A DNA stretch of 64,000 nucleotides from Paraspadella gotoi (taxonomy: Eukaryota; Animalia; Chaetognatha): assembly GCA_051294375.1 (NCBI GenBank), contig CM119266.1, forward strand, positions 10,449,789 through 10,513,788, read 5' to 3'. The position numbers and the translations under genes were made by a program. The notes beneath the pieces are model-generated. The model saw nothing but the letters and a program-made list of their open reading frames with translations, was not told the origin of the DNA and did not search any database. Positions 33,799-46,926 of this stretch are shown one piece after another (position 1 is the first letter of the stretch; each line of letters opens with the position of its first letter).

Positions 33799-33960
33799 AA
33801 CCTATCTCTCTCTCCGACCCTCCGTCCAGGCGTGCTCAAGTTGATCGTAATGAGCAGTGCACCGTCCACAGCGTTTTGGGGCGATTATGTCGCTTACGTA
33901 GGCGTCATCGTCGTCGCAGTCATTTTTGGCTGTTTCGCTTGTAAAATTTTTTGTTGTTAA
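29387..33960 (+). CDS. FAM187A: FAM187A-like Ig-domain type I membrane protein, ~490 aa. Exons 29387-29766, 32048-32210, 32438-32572, 32801-33310, 33551-33704, 33830-33960
   Basis: All six exons join in frame (1473 nt). Hydrophobic N-terminal stretch; Ig1 (INLDC...VTWFF...LTIQRLTIEDSGVYAC); FAM187-type Cys module (WSEWSDCSHCGAEGIRRRFGDC...GVPCRS...EPCRVPC); Ig2 (IVMICP...WFKDG...EDEGQYHC); C-terminal TM helix. Family recognised from motif architecture; orthology not tested. Confidence 0.8.
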
Positions 33961-34917
33961 AAGTTAAATTATTGTTATTATAGTTCATTCTCAAAACTGT
34001 ATTTGCTATTTGGGTCGAAGTGAAAAAGTACTATTTTCCGTTTGGCTTTTGTTGACGGCAAAAATTCCTATTAGTAATCAAGAGAGAGCGGGTTATCATT
34101 AAGATATTGGAAACAAAAGGCTAAAAGTTATGTTCTTAATGATACGTATTGATGATATGTGCTTAATAATGATGTTTATAATAACACGCACAATTACGTG
34201 CGTCAAGCATATCATATTTTCATTTTTTGTTCTTTTTTACTTAGTACTTTCGGTTTTATACTTACGTATTATTAATTTTCGACAATTTCATAATGTTGTT
34301 GTCCTTTCTTCCTCTTTCCCCAAAAATAAATATCCTTTTAAAATACTATATTTCACAAAAGAAAAGTTGTCATTGTTAAGCTTTCTAGTAACGTTTGTGT
34401 TTTAAATCTGTTTTAAAATTGTATATTTTGCTTGTTGAAAACATTGTTTATCGTCACCAAATAATGAATTTACTGTATCTTCAACTTCAACTGTATTTAG
34501 GATAAAATATAACATCACACTAGACAACGATAAAAACCAACAAAAAATATTTGTGACAAAATTGTTTAAAAACGGACTGAGGAAGAAAGATAAGATTAGA
34601 AAAAAAGGAAAAAAAAGAAAGAAAAGAATCCACCAACCGACAAAGCGACTGATAAGATTTGAAAAATAACCTCAACGCATTTAAAAATTCGCTCGAAGCT
34701 TGGAAGAGAGAAGATTTTTATGGATTTGTGAAAAGAAATGTGATAAAAATTGTTAAAATCAGTGCGATGGGGAGAGAAGGAACCTTTGATTTATTTTCAT
34801 TCTTGACGGGAATGTGAGCTAAAAAAAAATATTTAACGGCGTCCTTTCAATCTTCCCCTTAAGTTCTTGAGTCTTTTGAGAGAATCTTGGCTCTCTTTCT
34901 CTTTTTCTTCTCTCTCT

Positions 34918-34989
<72 letters not shown>

Positions 34990-35062
34990 TCTCTCTCTCT
35001 CTCTTTCTTTCTTTCACTTTGTTTGCCTCCCTCTTCGTTAGTGGGTCGACGTCGGCAACCAA

Positions 35063-35099
<37 letters not shown>

Positions 35100-35511
35100 A
35101 GAGAGGAGGAGAGAGAGAAGAAGAGAGAGAGAGAGAGAGATGAGAGTGGAGGAAGCACCGCTCGTAATTTATTCTACATTTTTAAGAATCGGCCTTGAAT
35201 TGGCAACTGGTAAAGACGTTCGCCTTCGAGTGTTTACCTTTTTCCGCAAAAAAAAAAAAAAAATTGTTTTCGAACAAAAACTCAAAGTTTCTCATTTTTA
35301 AAAAATTTTCTCAGTTTGAAAGAAAAAACAATTTCGAAGTCTTTTTTTTTTCCACAGTTCTTATCGTTCGTTTATCCTTATTGACGAAACGAAACGAAAC
35401 GAAGGCCAAAAAGTTTTTTTTTTATCTAAAAAAAATGGTTTTGCTTTTCTTAATTTTTTTAACGATAACTATTTGACTAGCTTTACTTAATATTTTTCTG
35501 CCGCGAAAAAA

Positions 35512-36789
35512 ATGCCGAAGCCGTGGCGCCGCGAGAATTTTCCTCGCCGCGCAATATCCCCGCGCCGTGGCAATTCGCAACGCCGCGCAATTTTCACTTT
35601 ACCGCGTCGTCCTCATTCGCCACGCCGTGAAAATTCGCCGCCCGGCGCCGCCATTACACCGCCCGGCGCCACCGCGAGAACGATCGCGGGCGAGGATTCC
35701 GCCGTCGTGACTTTCCACTCGATCTCCGTCGAGGGCGCCACCGCGTGGTTGGCCTACGGACGGCGCAGCTCTCGCCAGGCGATCTACGCAATCGTCGCCG
35801 GATCCACGGAGGGGCTGCTAGAGGAGGCGTTTCGGCCCTGGATACGACTGGGCTGCGACATCGTGGCCTTGGCGCCGCCCACTCGCGTGGTGACGGGACT
35901 GTGGAGTTGGCGAACGCGGCGACGTCTCTCCTGCGTCTCCGTCGTCGATCGAGCGGAATGGAAATGCGGCGAGACGATCGATCCAGAGGCGGATGAACTC
36001 GTGGCTTATTTGCGGCGTCAATCCTTCGAGAGTCTGGGTGACGCGGAGATGGCGTTGGAGGAATGTTTGGAAGAAAACTTGGCTGGGATCGAAAGTCAAA
36101 CGTCTTATGATTCCGGATCGAGGCCAGTTTCGCAAGATGCTCGTCCAGTGTCTCCAACCTCGTCAACTCGGAACGTAACTATGTTAAATACCGACAAAAG
36201 ACCACTATCGTCAGCAATTGACTCACAGGCCTTTAACGGACCCGCGAAGGAGACAATCTCACGCTCGGATCGGCGAAGTCACAGAAACAAAATAAATAAT
36301 CGTAACGGGGCGCCCGACATGGCACGTGGAGGCCGCTGGACCGAACGGCACGGGCAGGCCCAGCCCTTTCAGCCGGGCCGCTCTCGAGGGGCTAGAGAAG
36401 ATCGATACAAGGATATTTTCCCGTCGCCCTCGACATCTTCCGGAACGGAGACACCTGAAGCTTCGCGTCTCGATAATTCGCGTCCGTCGCCGTCGAGATC
36501 GAAGGAGTCGGCGGTCGATGCGTCCACGGCAAGAAACGCTCGGACAAACATACTCTTTAATGAGAGGATGCAGCCGCCGCCGCCGCAGCCGTACCAGCCG
36601 CATGTCTCGCCGATGTGCAATTCCTCGCTCTCGCGATCCAACTTACCGAGACTTTTTAAACTTTCCCACGAGGGCGTCAACTTATGGAAGGAATGAGGCT
36701 CGCTTATTCAATGGGTCAGTAATTTTGAAATATCATAGCGAAAAGTTTTATGGAAAGAATTAATAAAGAAAAAAAGAAAAAAAAGAAAA

Positions 36790-36870
<81 letters not shown>

Positions 36871-38289
36871 GTAAACAACATCTCACTGACAATATCTCCT
36901 GTTTCGCTTTTTCTCTATATTTAAAAACATTTTTTAAAAAATTGAGAAAATTTGGCACTCGTCGTCATAACAGTATCCATTTTGATCAGATTCTAAATAA
37001 CATTCTGAGTTTTACTTACATAGGGATTCTTTATGCAAATAAGCAACATTTCTCTTTTATTTATAGACCACGGAACATGCATTGGCGTATGGCTCCGACA
37101 AGACCTACCAGAATGGCGATGTCGAATCACTTCTGGGCGAAGAGAGGAGATGGAAGAAGGGAAAGTACGAGAGAGGAAGTGAACGGCGAGAGGGAACGAG
37201 AGAAGAAAGGAGAAATGGAGGAGCAGAACTCTCTGGATTTTCAAAATGTCCGCAAGGAGAAAGAATGGCGTGAAAGTGGCAACGCTCAATATGAATTGAA
37301 AGATAATTATCCCGGGAAAGAGTGGCAAGGACACGAGTGGAAGAATGACTGCTCTTCGAAAGAGAAAGAGAAAGAAAGAGAGGAGAGAGAGGAAGAGGAG
37401 GGCGATGGAAAGAAAGAGGGGATGGAGAGAGAGGAAGAGAAAGAGGATCAGCTCCAGCAATCCTTGAAAAGGAGCGAAGAAGCTCGAAAAGCTCATTGGA
37501 ATTTGATGGAGCGAAAGTTGCGAAGCGGACAATTGGGTCCGCAAGAGAGAAGAGACTGGATCGAATACAAACGAATGGAATGGATCGAGAATAACAAGTA
37601 AGATGAAGAAGGAGAGGAAAGGAGACCGCCTTCGATTCGTCGCCGCTGACGGAAGAAGAAACGAGAGGACTCTACGACTTTCGATCGAAGAGAATTCCTC
37701 GAGTTTTGTCGTCAACGACATAAAGGAGGAATTCGGTGGAAGAGAATCGAGCGATCGATGGAGGAGGTGTCGGTGGGGAGGGGGGGGAAGGGGGAGGAAG
37801 GAGGAGTAGAGAAGGCGGGGAGAGGGGAGATAGAACTGGAAGGAGAAGCAAGGCGGGGAGCGGAACGATGAGAACGTGGTTGAAAACCCAGAGAAGTGGG
37901 AGAGAACGGAGAGGAGACGGGTGGAGAATGCCGAGAGAAGGGGTAGAAAGACGTCGGAGAGGAGAACGGGGGTGGAGAACGGAGAGAAGTGTTGAGAAGA
38001 TAACGGAATGAGGAGACGGGGTGGAGAATGAGAGAGTGTGAAGAGAAGGAGAGGCAGAACGGGTGGAAGAAACTGAGAGAAGTGGGAGGAAGAACGGAGA
38101 GGAGAAGCGGGTGGAAAAACCCAGAGAATGGGATAAAGAACGGAGAAACGGGGTGGAGAATGGAGAGAAGTGTGAGAAGAACGGAGAGGAGAACGGGGTG
38201 GAGAACGGAGAGCAGTTGGTGGAGAACGGAGACTTAAATGACTCTTTCCCGGAGGCGGAGATCGTGAGAGAAGTCACAGCTGGATAAGG
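35512..38289 (+). CDS. Unidentified coding region: 394-aa ORF (35512-36696), putative intron 36715-37066, then a Glu/Arg-rich frameshifted second exon
   Basis: Long GC-rich ORF with a globular-looking middle (VVTFHSISVEGATAWLAYG...CLEENL); donor gtcagt at 36715, acceptor ttatag at 37066. Frames break at apparent indels. No family recognised. Confidence 0.5.
37835..38230 (+). repeat. Degenerate ~40-45 bp purine-rich minisatellite (encodes GVENGEKCEKNGEEN-like units)
   Basis: Repeated ggagaggagaacggggtggagaatggagagaagtg; also at 42440-42840. Confidence 0.75.
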
Positions 38290-38344
38290 TTAAGCAAAAG
38301 CGGTAACTCTCTCTCTCTCNNNNNNNNNNNNNNNNNNNNNNNNN

Positions 38345-39447
38345 ATCCGAGTGATCGCGCGTAATGAGCAGTGCACCGTCCACAGCGTTTTGGGGCGATT
38401 ATGACGCTAGTAGGCGTCATCGTCGTCGCAGTCATTTTTGGCTGTTCGCTTGTAAATTTTTTGTTGTTAAAAGTTAAATTATTGTATTATAGTTCATTCT
38501 CAAAACTGTTATTTGCTATTTGGTGTCGAAGTGAAAAAAGTACCTATTTTTCGTTTGGCTTTTTTGGACGGCAAAAATTCCTATTAGTAATCAAGAGGAG
38601 AGAGCGGGTTTATCATTAAGTATATTGGGAAACAAAAGCTAAAAAGTTATTTCTTAATGATACGTCATTGATGATATGTGCTTAAATTAATGATGGGTTG
38701 TTATTAATAACACCACAATACGGCGTGTCAAGCATATCATATCTTTTCATTTTTGTTCTTTTTATTAGAGTTATTTCGGTTATTATACTTACGTCATTAT
38801 TAATTTCGACAATTTCATAATGTTGTGTGTCCTTTTCTTCCTCTTTCCCCAAAAAATAAAATTCCTTTTAAAATACTATATTTCACAAAGAAAGTTGTCA
38901 TTGTTAAGTTTCTAGTAAGTTTGTGTTTTAAATCTGTTTTTAAAATTGTATATTTTGCTTGTTGAAAACATTGTTATCGTCACAAATTAATGAAATTTAC
39001 TGTATCTTCAACTTCAACGTATAGGATAAAAATATAACATCACATAGACAAAGATAAAAACCAACAAAAAATATTTGTGACAAAATTGTTTTAAAAAACG
39101 GCTGAGGAAGAAAGATAAGATTAGAAAAAAAAAAAAAGGAAGAAAAGAATGCCACAACGACCCAAAGCGACTGATAAGATTGAAAAAATAACCTCAACGC
39201 ATTTTAAAAATTCGCTCGAAGCTGGAAGAGAAGAAGATTTTAGGATTTGTGAAAAGAAATGTGATAAAATTGTTTAAAATCAGTGCGAATGGGGATGAGA
39301 AGGAACCTGTGATTTAATTTTCATTCTTGACGGGAATGTGAGCTAAAAAAAAATATTTAAACGGCGTCCTTTCAATCTTCTCCTTAAGTTCTTGAGTCTT
39401 TGAGAGAATTCTTGGCTCTCTTCTCTTTTTCTTCTCTCTCTCCTTCT

Positions 39448-39519
<72 letters not shown>

Positions 39520-42500
39520 CTCTCTCTCTCTCTTTCTTTCTTTCACTTTGTTTGCCTCCCTCTTCGTTAGGTGGGTCGACGTCGGCAACCAAGGAAAGAG
39601 AGAGAGAGAGAGACGAGAGAGAGAGAGGGGAGAGAGGAGGAGAGAGAGACCAGAAGAGGAGAGTAGAGAGAGAGATGAGAGTGGAGTGGAAGCACCGCTT
39701 CGTAATTTATTCTACATTTTTAAGAATCGGCCTTGAATTTCGGCAACTGGTAAAGACGTTTCGCCTTCGAGTGTTTACCTTTTTCCCGCAAAAAAAAAAA
39801 ATTGTTTTCGAACAAAACTCAAAGTTTCTCATTTTTAAAAAATTGTTTCTCAGTTTTGAAAAAAAACAATTTCGAAGTCTTTTTTTTTTTCACAGTTCTT
39901 CTCGTTCGTTTTCCTTTATTGACGAAACGAAACGAAACGGAAGGCCAAAAAGTTTTTATTTTTTGGATCTCACAAAAATGGTTTTTGCTTTTTTCTTAAT
40001 TTTTTTTAACGTTAACTATTTGACTAGCTTTCTTAATATTTTTGTCTGCCGCCGAAAAAAAATGCCGATAAGCCGTGGCCGCCGCGAGAATTTCCCTCGC
40101 CGCGCATTCCCCGCGCCGTGGGCATAATTCGCATACGCCGCTCAATTTTCACTTACCGCGTCGTCCTCATCTCACGCCGTAAATTCGCCGCCCGGCGCCA
40201 CCGCGAGAACGATGCGCGGGCGAGGATTCCGCCGTCGTGACTTTCCACTCGATCCTCCGTCGCCGGGCGCCACCGCTGTGGTTGGCCTACGGGACGGCTC
40301 AGGCTCTCGCCAGGCGCATCTACGCAATCGTCGCGGTATCCACGGGCGGGGCTGCTAGAGGAGGCGTTTCGGCCCTGCGATACGACTGGGCGCGATATCG
40401 GCGCCTTGGCGGCCGCCCCACTCGCGTGGTGCACGGGACTGTGGAGTTGTGCGAAACGCGGGCGACGTTCTCTCCCTGCGTCTCCGCGTCGCATCGAGCG
40501 GAAATGGAAACTGCGGCGAGACGATCGATCCAGAGGCGGATGAACTCGTGGCTTATTTGCCGGGCTCAATCCTTCGAGAGTTCTGGGTGGTGTGACGGGA
40601 GATGGCGTTGGCAGGAATGTTTGGAAGAAAACTTGGCTGGGATCGAAAGTTCAAACGTTCTTATGATTCCGGATCGAGGCCAGTTTCGCAAGATGCTCGT
40701 CCAGTGTCTCCAACCTCGTCAACTTCGCGAACGTAACATGTTAAATACCGACAAAAAGACCACTATCGTCAGCAATTTTGACTCACAGGCCTTTAACGGA
40801 CCCGCGAAGGTAGACAATCTCACGCTCGGATCGGCGAAAGTCACAAGAAACAAATAAATAATCGTAACGGGGGCGCGCCCGACATGGCACGTGGAGGCCG
40901 CTGGACCGAACGGCACGGCAGGCCCAGCCCTTTCAGCCGCCGCCCGGCTTTTTTTTTTCTCGAGGGGCTAGAGAAGATCGATACAAGGATATTTTCCGTC
41001 GCCCTCGACATCTTCCGGAACGGAGACCACCTGAGCTTCGCGTCTCGATTAATTTCGCGTCCGTCGCCGTCGCGAGATCGAAGGGAGTCGGCGGGTCGAT
41101 GCGCTTCCACGGCAGAAGAAACGTCGGGACAAACATACTCTTTAATTGAGAGGATTTGCAGCCGCCGCCGCCCAGGCGACAGCCGCATGTCTCGCCGATG
41201 ATGCAATTCTTCGCTCCCTCGCGATCCAACTTTACCCGAGCACTTTTTTTTTAACTTTCCCACGAGGGCGTCAACTTATGGAAGGAATGAGGCTCGCTTA
41301 TTCCAATGGGTCAGTAATTTTGAAATATCATAGCCGAAAAGTTTATGGAAAGAATTAATAAGAAAAAAAGAAAAAAAAGAAAAAAAAAAGAAAGACAAGA
41401 AAGATAAGAAATAAAGAAAGAAAGAAAGATGTAAACAACTCTCACTGACAATATCTCCTGTTTCGCTTTTTCTCTATATTTAAAAACATTTTTTAAAAAA
41501 TTGAGAAAAATTTGCACTCGTCGTCATAACAGTATTCCATTTTGATTCAGCATTCTAAAAGAACATTCCGATGCTTTTTACTTACATAGCGGATTCTTTT
41601 ATTGCAAAATAAGCAACATTTTTCTTCTTTTTATTTATAGACCACGGAACATGCATATGGCGTATGGCTCCGGACAGACCTACCAGAATGGCGATGGTCG
41701 AATCAACTTCTGGGCGAAGAGAGGAGATGGAAGAAGGGAAAGTTACGAGAGAGGAAGTTGAACGGCTTGAGAGGGAACGCAGGAAGAAGAAAAGGAGAAA
41801 TGGAGGAGCAGAACTCTCTGGATTTTCAAAATGTCCGCAAGGAGAAGAATGGCGTGGAAAGTGGCAACGCTCAATATGAATTGAAAGATATATTATCCCG
41901 GAAAGAGTTGGCAAGGACACGAGTGGAAGAATTGACTGCTCTTGCGAAAGAAGAAAGAGAAAGAAAGAGAGGAGAGAGAGAGGAAGAGGTGCGATGGAAA
42001 GAAGAGGGGATGGAGAGAGAGGAATAGAGAAAGAGGATCAGCTCCAGCAATCCTTGAAAAGGAGCGAAGAAGAAGCTCGAAAAGCTCATTGGAATTTGAT
42101 GGAGCGAAAGTTGCGAAGCGGACAATTGGGTCGCAAAGAGAGAAGGAGACTGGATCGAATACAAACGAATGGATCGAGAATACAAGAAGATGAAGAAGGA
42201 GAGGAAAGGAGACCGCCTTCGATTCGTCCGCCGCTGACGGAAGAAGAACGAGAGGAACTCTACGACTTCGATCGAAGAGAATTCCTCGCAGTTTTGTCGT
42301 CACGACATAAGGGAGGAATTCGGTGGAGGAGAGAATCGAGCGATCGATGGAGGAGGTGTCGGTGGGGAGGGGAGGGAGGGAGGAGGAAGGAGGAGAGGAG
42401 AAGGCGGGGAGAGGGGAGATAGAACTGGAAGAGAAGCGAAGGCGGGGAGCGGAACGATGAGAACGTGGTTAGAGAAAACCCATAGAAGTGGGAGAAGAAA

Positions 42501-42926
42501 ACGGAGAGGAGAACGGGGTGGAGATATGCGAGAGAAAGGGGAGAAGAACTGGAGAGGAGAACGGGTGGGAAGAGAGAAGTGTAGAGAAGAACGGAGAGGA
42601 GAACCGGGGTTGAGAATGGAGAGAAGTGTGAAAAGAAGAACGGCAAGAGGAGAACGGGGTGGAGAATGGAGAAAAGAAGTGGTGAGAAGGAAACGGAGAG
42701 GAAGAACGGGGTGGAAAACCACAGAGAAGTGGGAAAAGAACGGAGAGGAGAACGAGGGTGGAGAATGGAAGAAGAGTGATGAGAGAACGGAGAGGAGAAA
42801 GGGGGTGGAGAACGGAGAGCCAGTTGGTGGAGGAACGGAGACTTAAATGACTCTTTCCAGCGAGGCGGAGATCGTGAGAGAAGTCACAGCTGGATAAGGT
42901 TAAGGCTCAAAAGCGGTAACTCTCTC

Positions 42927-42960
<34 letters not shown>
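38345..42960 (+). repeat. Copy B of the tandem duplication, with a frameshift-riddled version of the 35512 ORF and of the last FAM187A-like exon
   Basis: Colinear with 33843-38319; excess of single-base insertions typical of raw long reads. Confidence 0.9.
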
Positions 42961-42963
<3 letters not shown>

Positions 42964-43030
42964 CTCTGCACAAATCCCAGATCGAACCTCTTTTCGTTCA
43001 CAAAACAGCCGCGCGCTCTCTCTCTCTCTT

Positions 43031-43093
<63 letters not shown>

Positions 43094-43095
43094 AC

Positions 43096-43126
<31 letters not shown>

Positions 43127-44305
43127 TCACCACACACACTTCGCACAAATCCGATCCAATTTCTTGTCGTCAACACATCCGCGCTCGTTTTTATTGAATT
43201 AAATTAGAATTATTTTAAAACTGTGAACTCCTCTGCTGACCGTCGCGAGTTTCATAAGTTTTTTCTAATTAAAACTAAAAGTTCGCATTATTATGAAATT
43301 TGTACAACTGACTTTATTAATTAATAATTAGTGGGGTTTTTTTTTTAACACGAAGGTGAACGAGAAAAAAAATCGTTATTTTCATTCGTTTTAAAAAGAA
43401 TTTTCATCCTTTGTTTTAGAAGCGTTATTTTTACCTCACGCGACTATTTTTCTTTCTCGGGTCATTTTTCACGTTCTTCTTGTTTCTGTAGATAATTTTT
43501 TTTTTTTGAAGCGAGATAACGAGAACTTTTTTTGTTATTCCAAAATTCTTTTCCAGAGTCCTGACAGAATTTATAAACAACTAAAAATAACATTCTCGAA
43601 AAATCAAAGAAAACTCTGCTCCAAAAACTTAACTTTTCGAAAATCAAAGAAAGTTTGCAAGAGTATCGACTTTATGCGAACGGGACATTCAAACTGATAT
43701 CGTCCGTCCTATTGCGTCCGGTCGTTCCCATTTATCACAGAAACGAAAGCCATTCCGGGGTAAGTTATTTCACGTTTTCTTTTTACACTTTTTCCAATCG
43801 TCTAATTGCTCGCCAATTACCATCAGTGCTTTAACTTACCTAAAAATATTGCTTGTTTTCTCGTGACACGATTCAATCCCTTTGTGCGGGTTATAGTTAC
43901 AGCGGACGTCCGCATGGTCATTCTCCGCGTTAATTCAATTGGGTCAACACCGACGCTTTCTTTATCAAACTAACCTTTTAATATGACCCAAAGGTGTGTA
44001 CTATGTATGAACCAGGTTCAATTTATTCTATTAAAGATAAAAATATTTCGCAGAGTACATACTAATTAATACGTAGGAAATCTATCAGTAAAATTTAATG
44101 AAGATTACAAATATTCGAGATTTAAAAATGAAAGAAAGAAAAATAAAAGAAATACACAAAGAAAGAATGTATGTAAAATTTTCAGTGAAATGTAAAGTTT
44201 GTACGTAGAGGATATTAATCACTATTTTTCCTTTGTCTCTGTCTCTCAATATAATCTCTTTCTTTTTTTTTTTTTAGTAACTACATCCTCGAACTTTTCC
44301 CCTCA

Positions 44306-44927
44306 ATGGAAGAGATGGCGTTTCTCTACGAAGAAGAGTCGACGGCTACTGCTCTCCGAAATGACGGTGAGTAGAATTTATAATTTAGTTGTAAAATGTA
44401 AAGAAGTTTTAATCAATAATGATTCATGTTTGCCTGTAAATCTCATTGTTCGTCTTTTCCTATTTATTTCAGCCGCTGATTCCAGACGTCACTGCCGCAG
44501 CCGCAGCCGCAGCCAAAGTCACAGCTTCAGCCCAAACCCTGTTGACTCCAACAGTGATACTGGCGATAACCGTCACTGTCTTCAAAGCGAACGCGCGATT
44601 GTCATTTGTCGACGCACTTTTCACAGGCGATGCTCAACAACTTCCTCCGGTGAGTCCAGTTTCGCTTCAAGCGGATCGTCGACTGATGCTTTCTTCACGG
44701 ATTCCGAAGAAGGGCTCGACGTGGAAGACGGATGCAGCGGGGATTTTGAGAAACACAATTGGGATGATGAGTGGAAGGACTCTTATTGGGATGATGATGA
44801 TAAATATTATCACGATGTTTATGATGATGATGATGATGATGACGACGAAGTTTGTGACGACGACGATGACGGCGATGACTTTTTAGACGATTACGACTAC
44901 TTTGACGACTATGGCGATGATGATTAA
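44306..44927 (+). CDS. Two-exon orphan protein (171 aa) with an RS dipeptide patch and an Asp/Tyr/Trp-rich acidic tail. Exons 44306-44366, 44473-44927
   Basis: ATG 44306, phase-1 donor gtgagt at 44367, acceptor tttcag at 44472, in frame to TAA. Tail NWDDEWKDSYWDDDDKYYHDVYDDDD. Confidence 0.7.
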
Positions 44928-45559
44928 GAAAAATAAATTATAAAGTTAAAAATTTGAACCATTTTGACAAACTCCAAGCTTACAACACTAAACTTTATTA
45001 AGAAAGCACATAGTTGTTATTTAAAAAAATATTATTCTAAATTATAATGATATTTTTCTTCGTAGACTTTTTCATTAAGAAAAATAAAATGAAATTTTAA
45101 AGCATTAGATTGACAAGCAAAATCGACTTGAACCTGTTTAAAATAGTAATTAAAATTGAACCTCAAGGTTGCTTAAGGGGACAAGTAGGTAAGTGTATAG
45201 AAAAAATGTTTATAAAATTACAAAATGTTAAAGTATAAATCGGCCACAAGATCAGATAAAATATTTTTTGTCAGATGATTAAAAACAAAACTAAACAAAT
45301 GTTCCCTCGAGACCTATATTGTTTTTTTGTATGGATATAATCGCATTCACTTTGGCTATTCTGGATTTGCCTTTGATTGCTTTCCAGCTTGACTGCATAT
45401 TTCCTTTTAAATTTTTCAATTAGTTATTTTATCTTATATTTTAATATTTTATATTTTAATATTACTTGTAATATTAAAATATAAAATATAAAATAAATAA
45501 ATATATATTACTGATATATTTTACGAGTATAAAACAAAGCCTTACCTAAATCTTAATTT

Positions 45560-45790
45560 ATGAAGTTTTATCTTTCATTATTTTTCTCACATCTACAAAA
45601 TTGGATATAGAAATTTAAAGAAATAAATTATTCGTCCTTTTCCTTGTATTTCCGTGGGATGCTTGCTGTCTCCTTTTCTGGTTTCTGTAGTTAACCGAGT
45701 TTCCCGGGTATGGTATCAAAACATCGCCTGATACAGACGAGTCCAGATATGTATCTGTGCTTTCCTTCCCGGGCTCCCCTGCTCTAAATG
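45560..45790 (-). pseudogene. Degenerate paralogous fragment related to 46050-46120 and 55163-55230
   Basis: 'catctacaaaattgg...ccttttccttgtatttc' is shared with 46066-46110; 'gtttcccgggtatg...aaaacatcgcctgata..gacgagtcc.gatatgtatc' is shared with 55166-55225. No clean ORF. Confidence 0.5.
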
Positions 45791-46035
45791 TAACTTAAAA
45801 AAATAACTTAATGCTGCCATCATTTTTTTCTTTTTTTTTCATTTATTCACGACATATGCATTTCTTTATCTAGTTATTTGTAATTAGCAGTAGAATTAAT
45901 AAAATTGACAAATCTAACAAAATAATTTAAAAAGTTTCTGGTAAAGCCCCCGATAGGTAAGGTCGCCGATTTTCTTCCCAACACTACATACATTATATAT
46001 TTTACATCTAAAAAAAGCTTTACTATAATCTTAAT

Positions 46036-46439
46036 TTATAAAATTTTATTTTTCTTTTTTTTTCTGCATCTACAAAATTGGTTTGAGAAATTCCTTTTCC
46101 TTGTATTTCGGCGTGACACTTCCCTTAACTTCACATAATGTTTAATAAAACAAAAGGCCTCACCAATTGATTGATTCAAGGGATTGTACATGTATATTAT
46201 ACAATTATCACCCAAAGTTGGTAAGTTATTATCACTGATTGTTAAATTACGATTATCAAATAAGTCATTAATAATAGCTATAAAATGATTATCTTCAACA
46301 CAGTTACCATTTTTACATTTTTTACATCCCTTTACAAAACCGTAGCTCTTCAACCCAAAAATCCAGTAACCCTAACTTTTATCCGCTACAGTGGCTACAT
46401 TACCCATCTTGGAACGCAAAAATTATCTCTTTCAGCAGT
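46036..46439 (-). pseudogene. 3' half of an orphan gene split by the LTR insertion (46439-46404, 32-nt intron, 46371-46036)
   Basis: Removing 46444-54365 plus one TSD gives the continuous frame ...FVNS|TAERDNFCVPRW, then a gtaatg..ttag intron, then GYWIFGLKSYGFVKGCKKCKNGNC... to TAA. Confidence 0.65.
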
Positions 46440-46454
46440 AGAAAGTGAAGATTG

Positions 46455-46926
46455 TTCAAGCCACTGGAAATCCACAATACAGCATTTGAAAAAGCAAAAA
46501 GTGTACTTCTGGATGAAAAACTTGGGAGGGTGAGAGTTCCCTCAACCAAACTTGAAGATGAGCTGATTGTACTCACAGATGGTTCTCAGCATGCCATTGG
46601 ATCTGTGATTCTGCAAAAGCTGTATCCTACTTCAGCAGAGATTGCAGCAGGCGCTGATAAAGACAAGAGGCAACTCTACATTGTCCAATGTTACTCAAAG
46701 ACTTTAGTTCCAGCAAAAAGAAGTTTGCCAACTTTTTATAAAGAGTTTTTGGCTCTTTATGAAACAGTTCACAGATTTAGTTATCTTTTCACTGCAAGAC
46801 CATTCTACATAATCACTGATAGTCAAGTGTTGAGAAGATGGGCTAACCTGGACAAAGTCGATGATGCCTTTGTGAGAAGAATCATCTATCTTCAGAGTTT
46901 TGACTTCAAAATTCTTTTTATTGAAT
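46455..46926 (+). pseudogene. pol: pol fragment: RT connection and Ty3/gypsy RNase H
   Basis: AFEKAK...LIVLTDGSQHAIGSVILQ...YSKTL...KEFLAL...IITDSQVL...YLQSFDFKILFIE; resumes as SRANPADVVSR at 49800 after the nested insertion. Confidence 0.9.

Larger units (their letters stand above)
33843..38319 (+). repeat. Copy A of a ~4.5 kb tandem duplication
   Basis: Matches 38345-42960 from 'gtaatgagcagtgcaccgtccacagcg' to 'gtcacagctggataaggttaag...aaaagcggtaactctctc'; the copies are separated by exactly 25 N. Confidence 0.92.

Noticed and set aside
37835-38230. Repeat array as CRISPR-like
   Set aside because: Degenerate tandem minisatellite without unique spacers, in a eukaryotic context with no cas genes.
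33843-42960. Tandem 4.5-kb duplication as a recent gene duplication
   Set aside because: The copies abut an exact 25-N gap (same size at 3818 and 23195) and copy B has raw-read-like insertions.
45692-45762. Repeated ctgata...gacgagtcc motif as a hammerhead ribozyme
   Set aside because: No CUGAnGA/GAAA core with supporting stems could be built.
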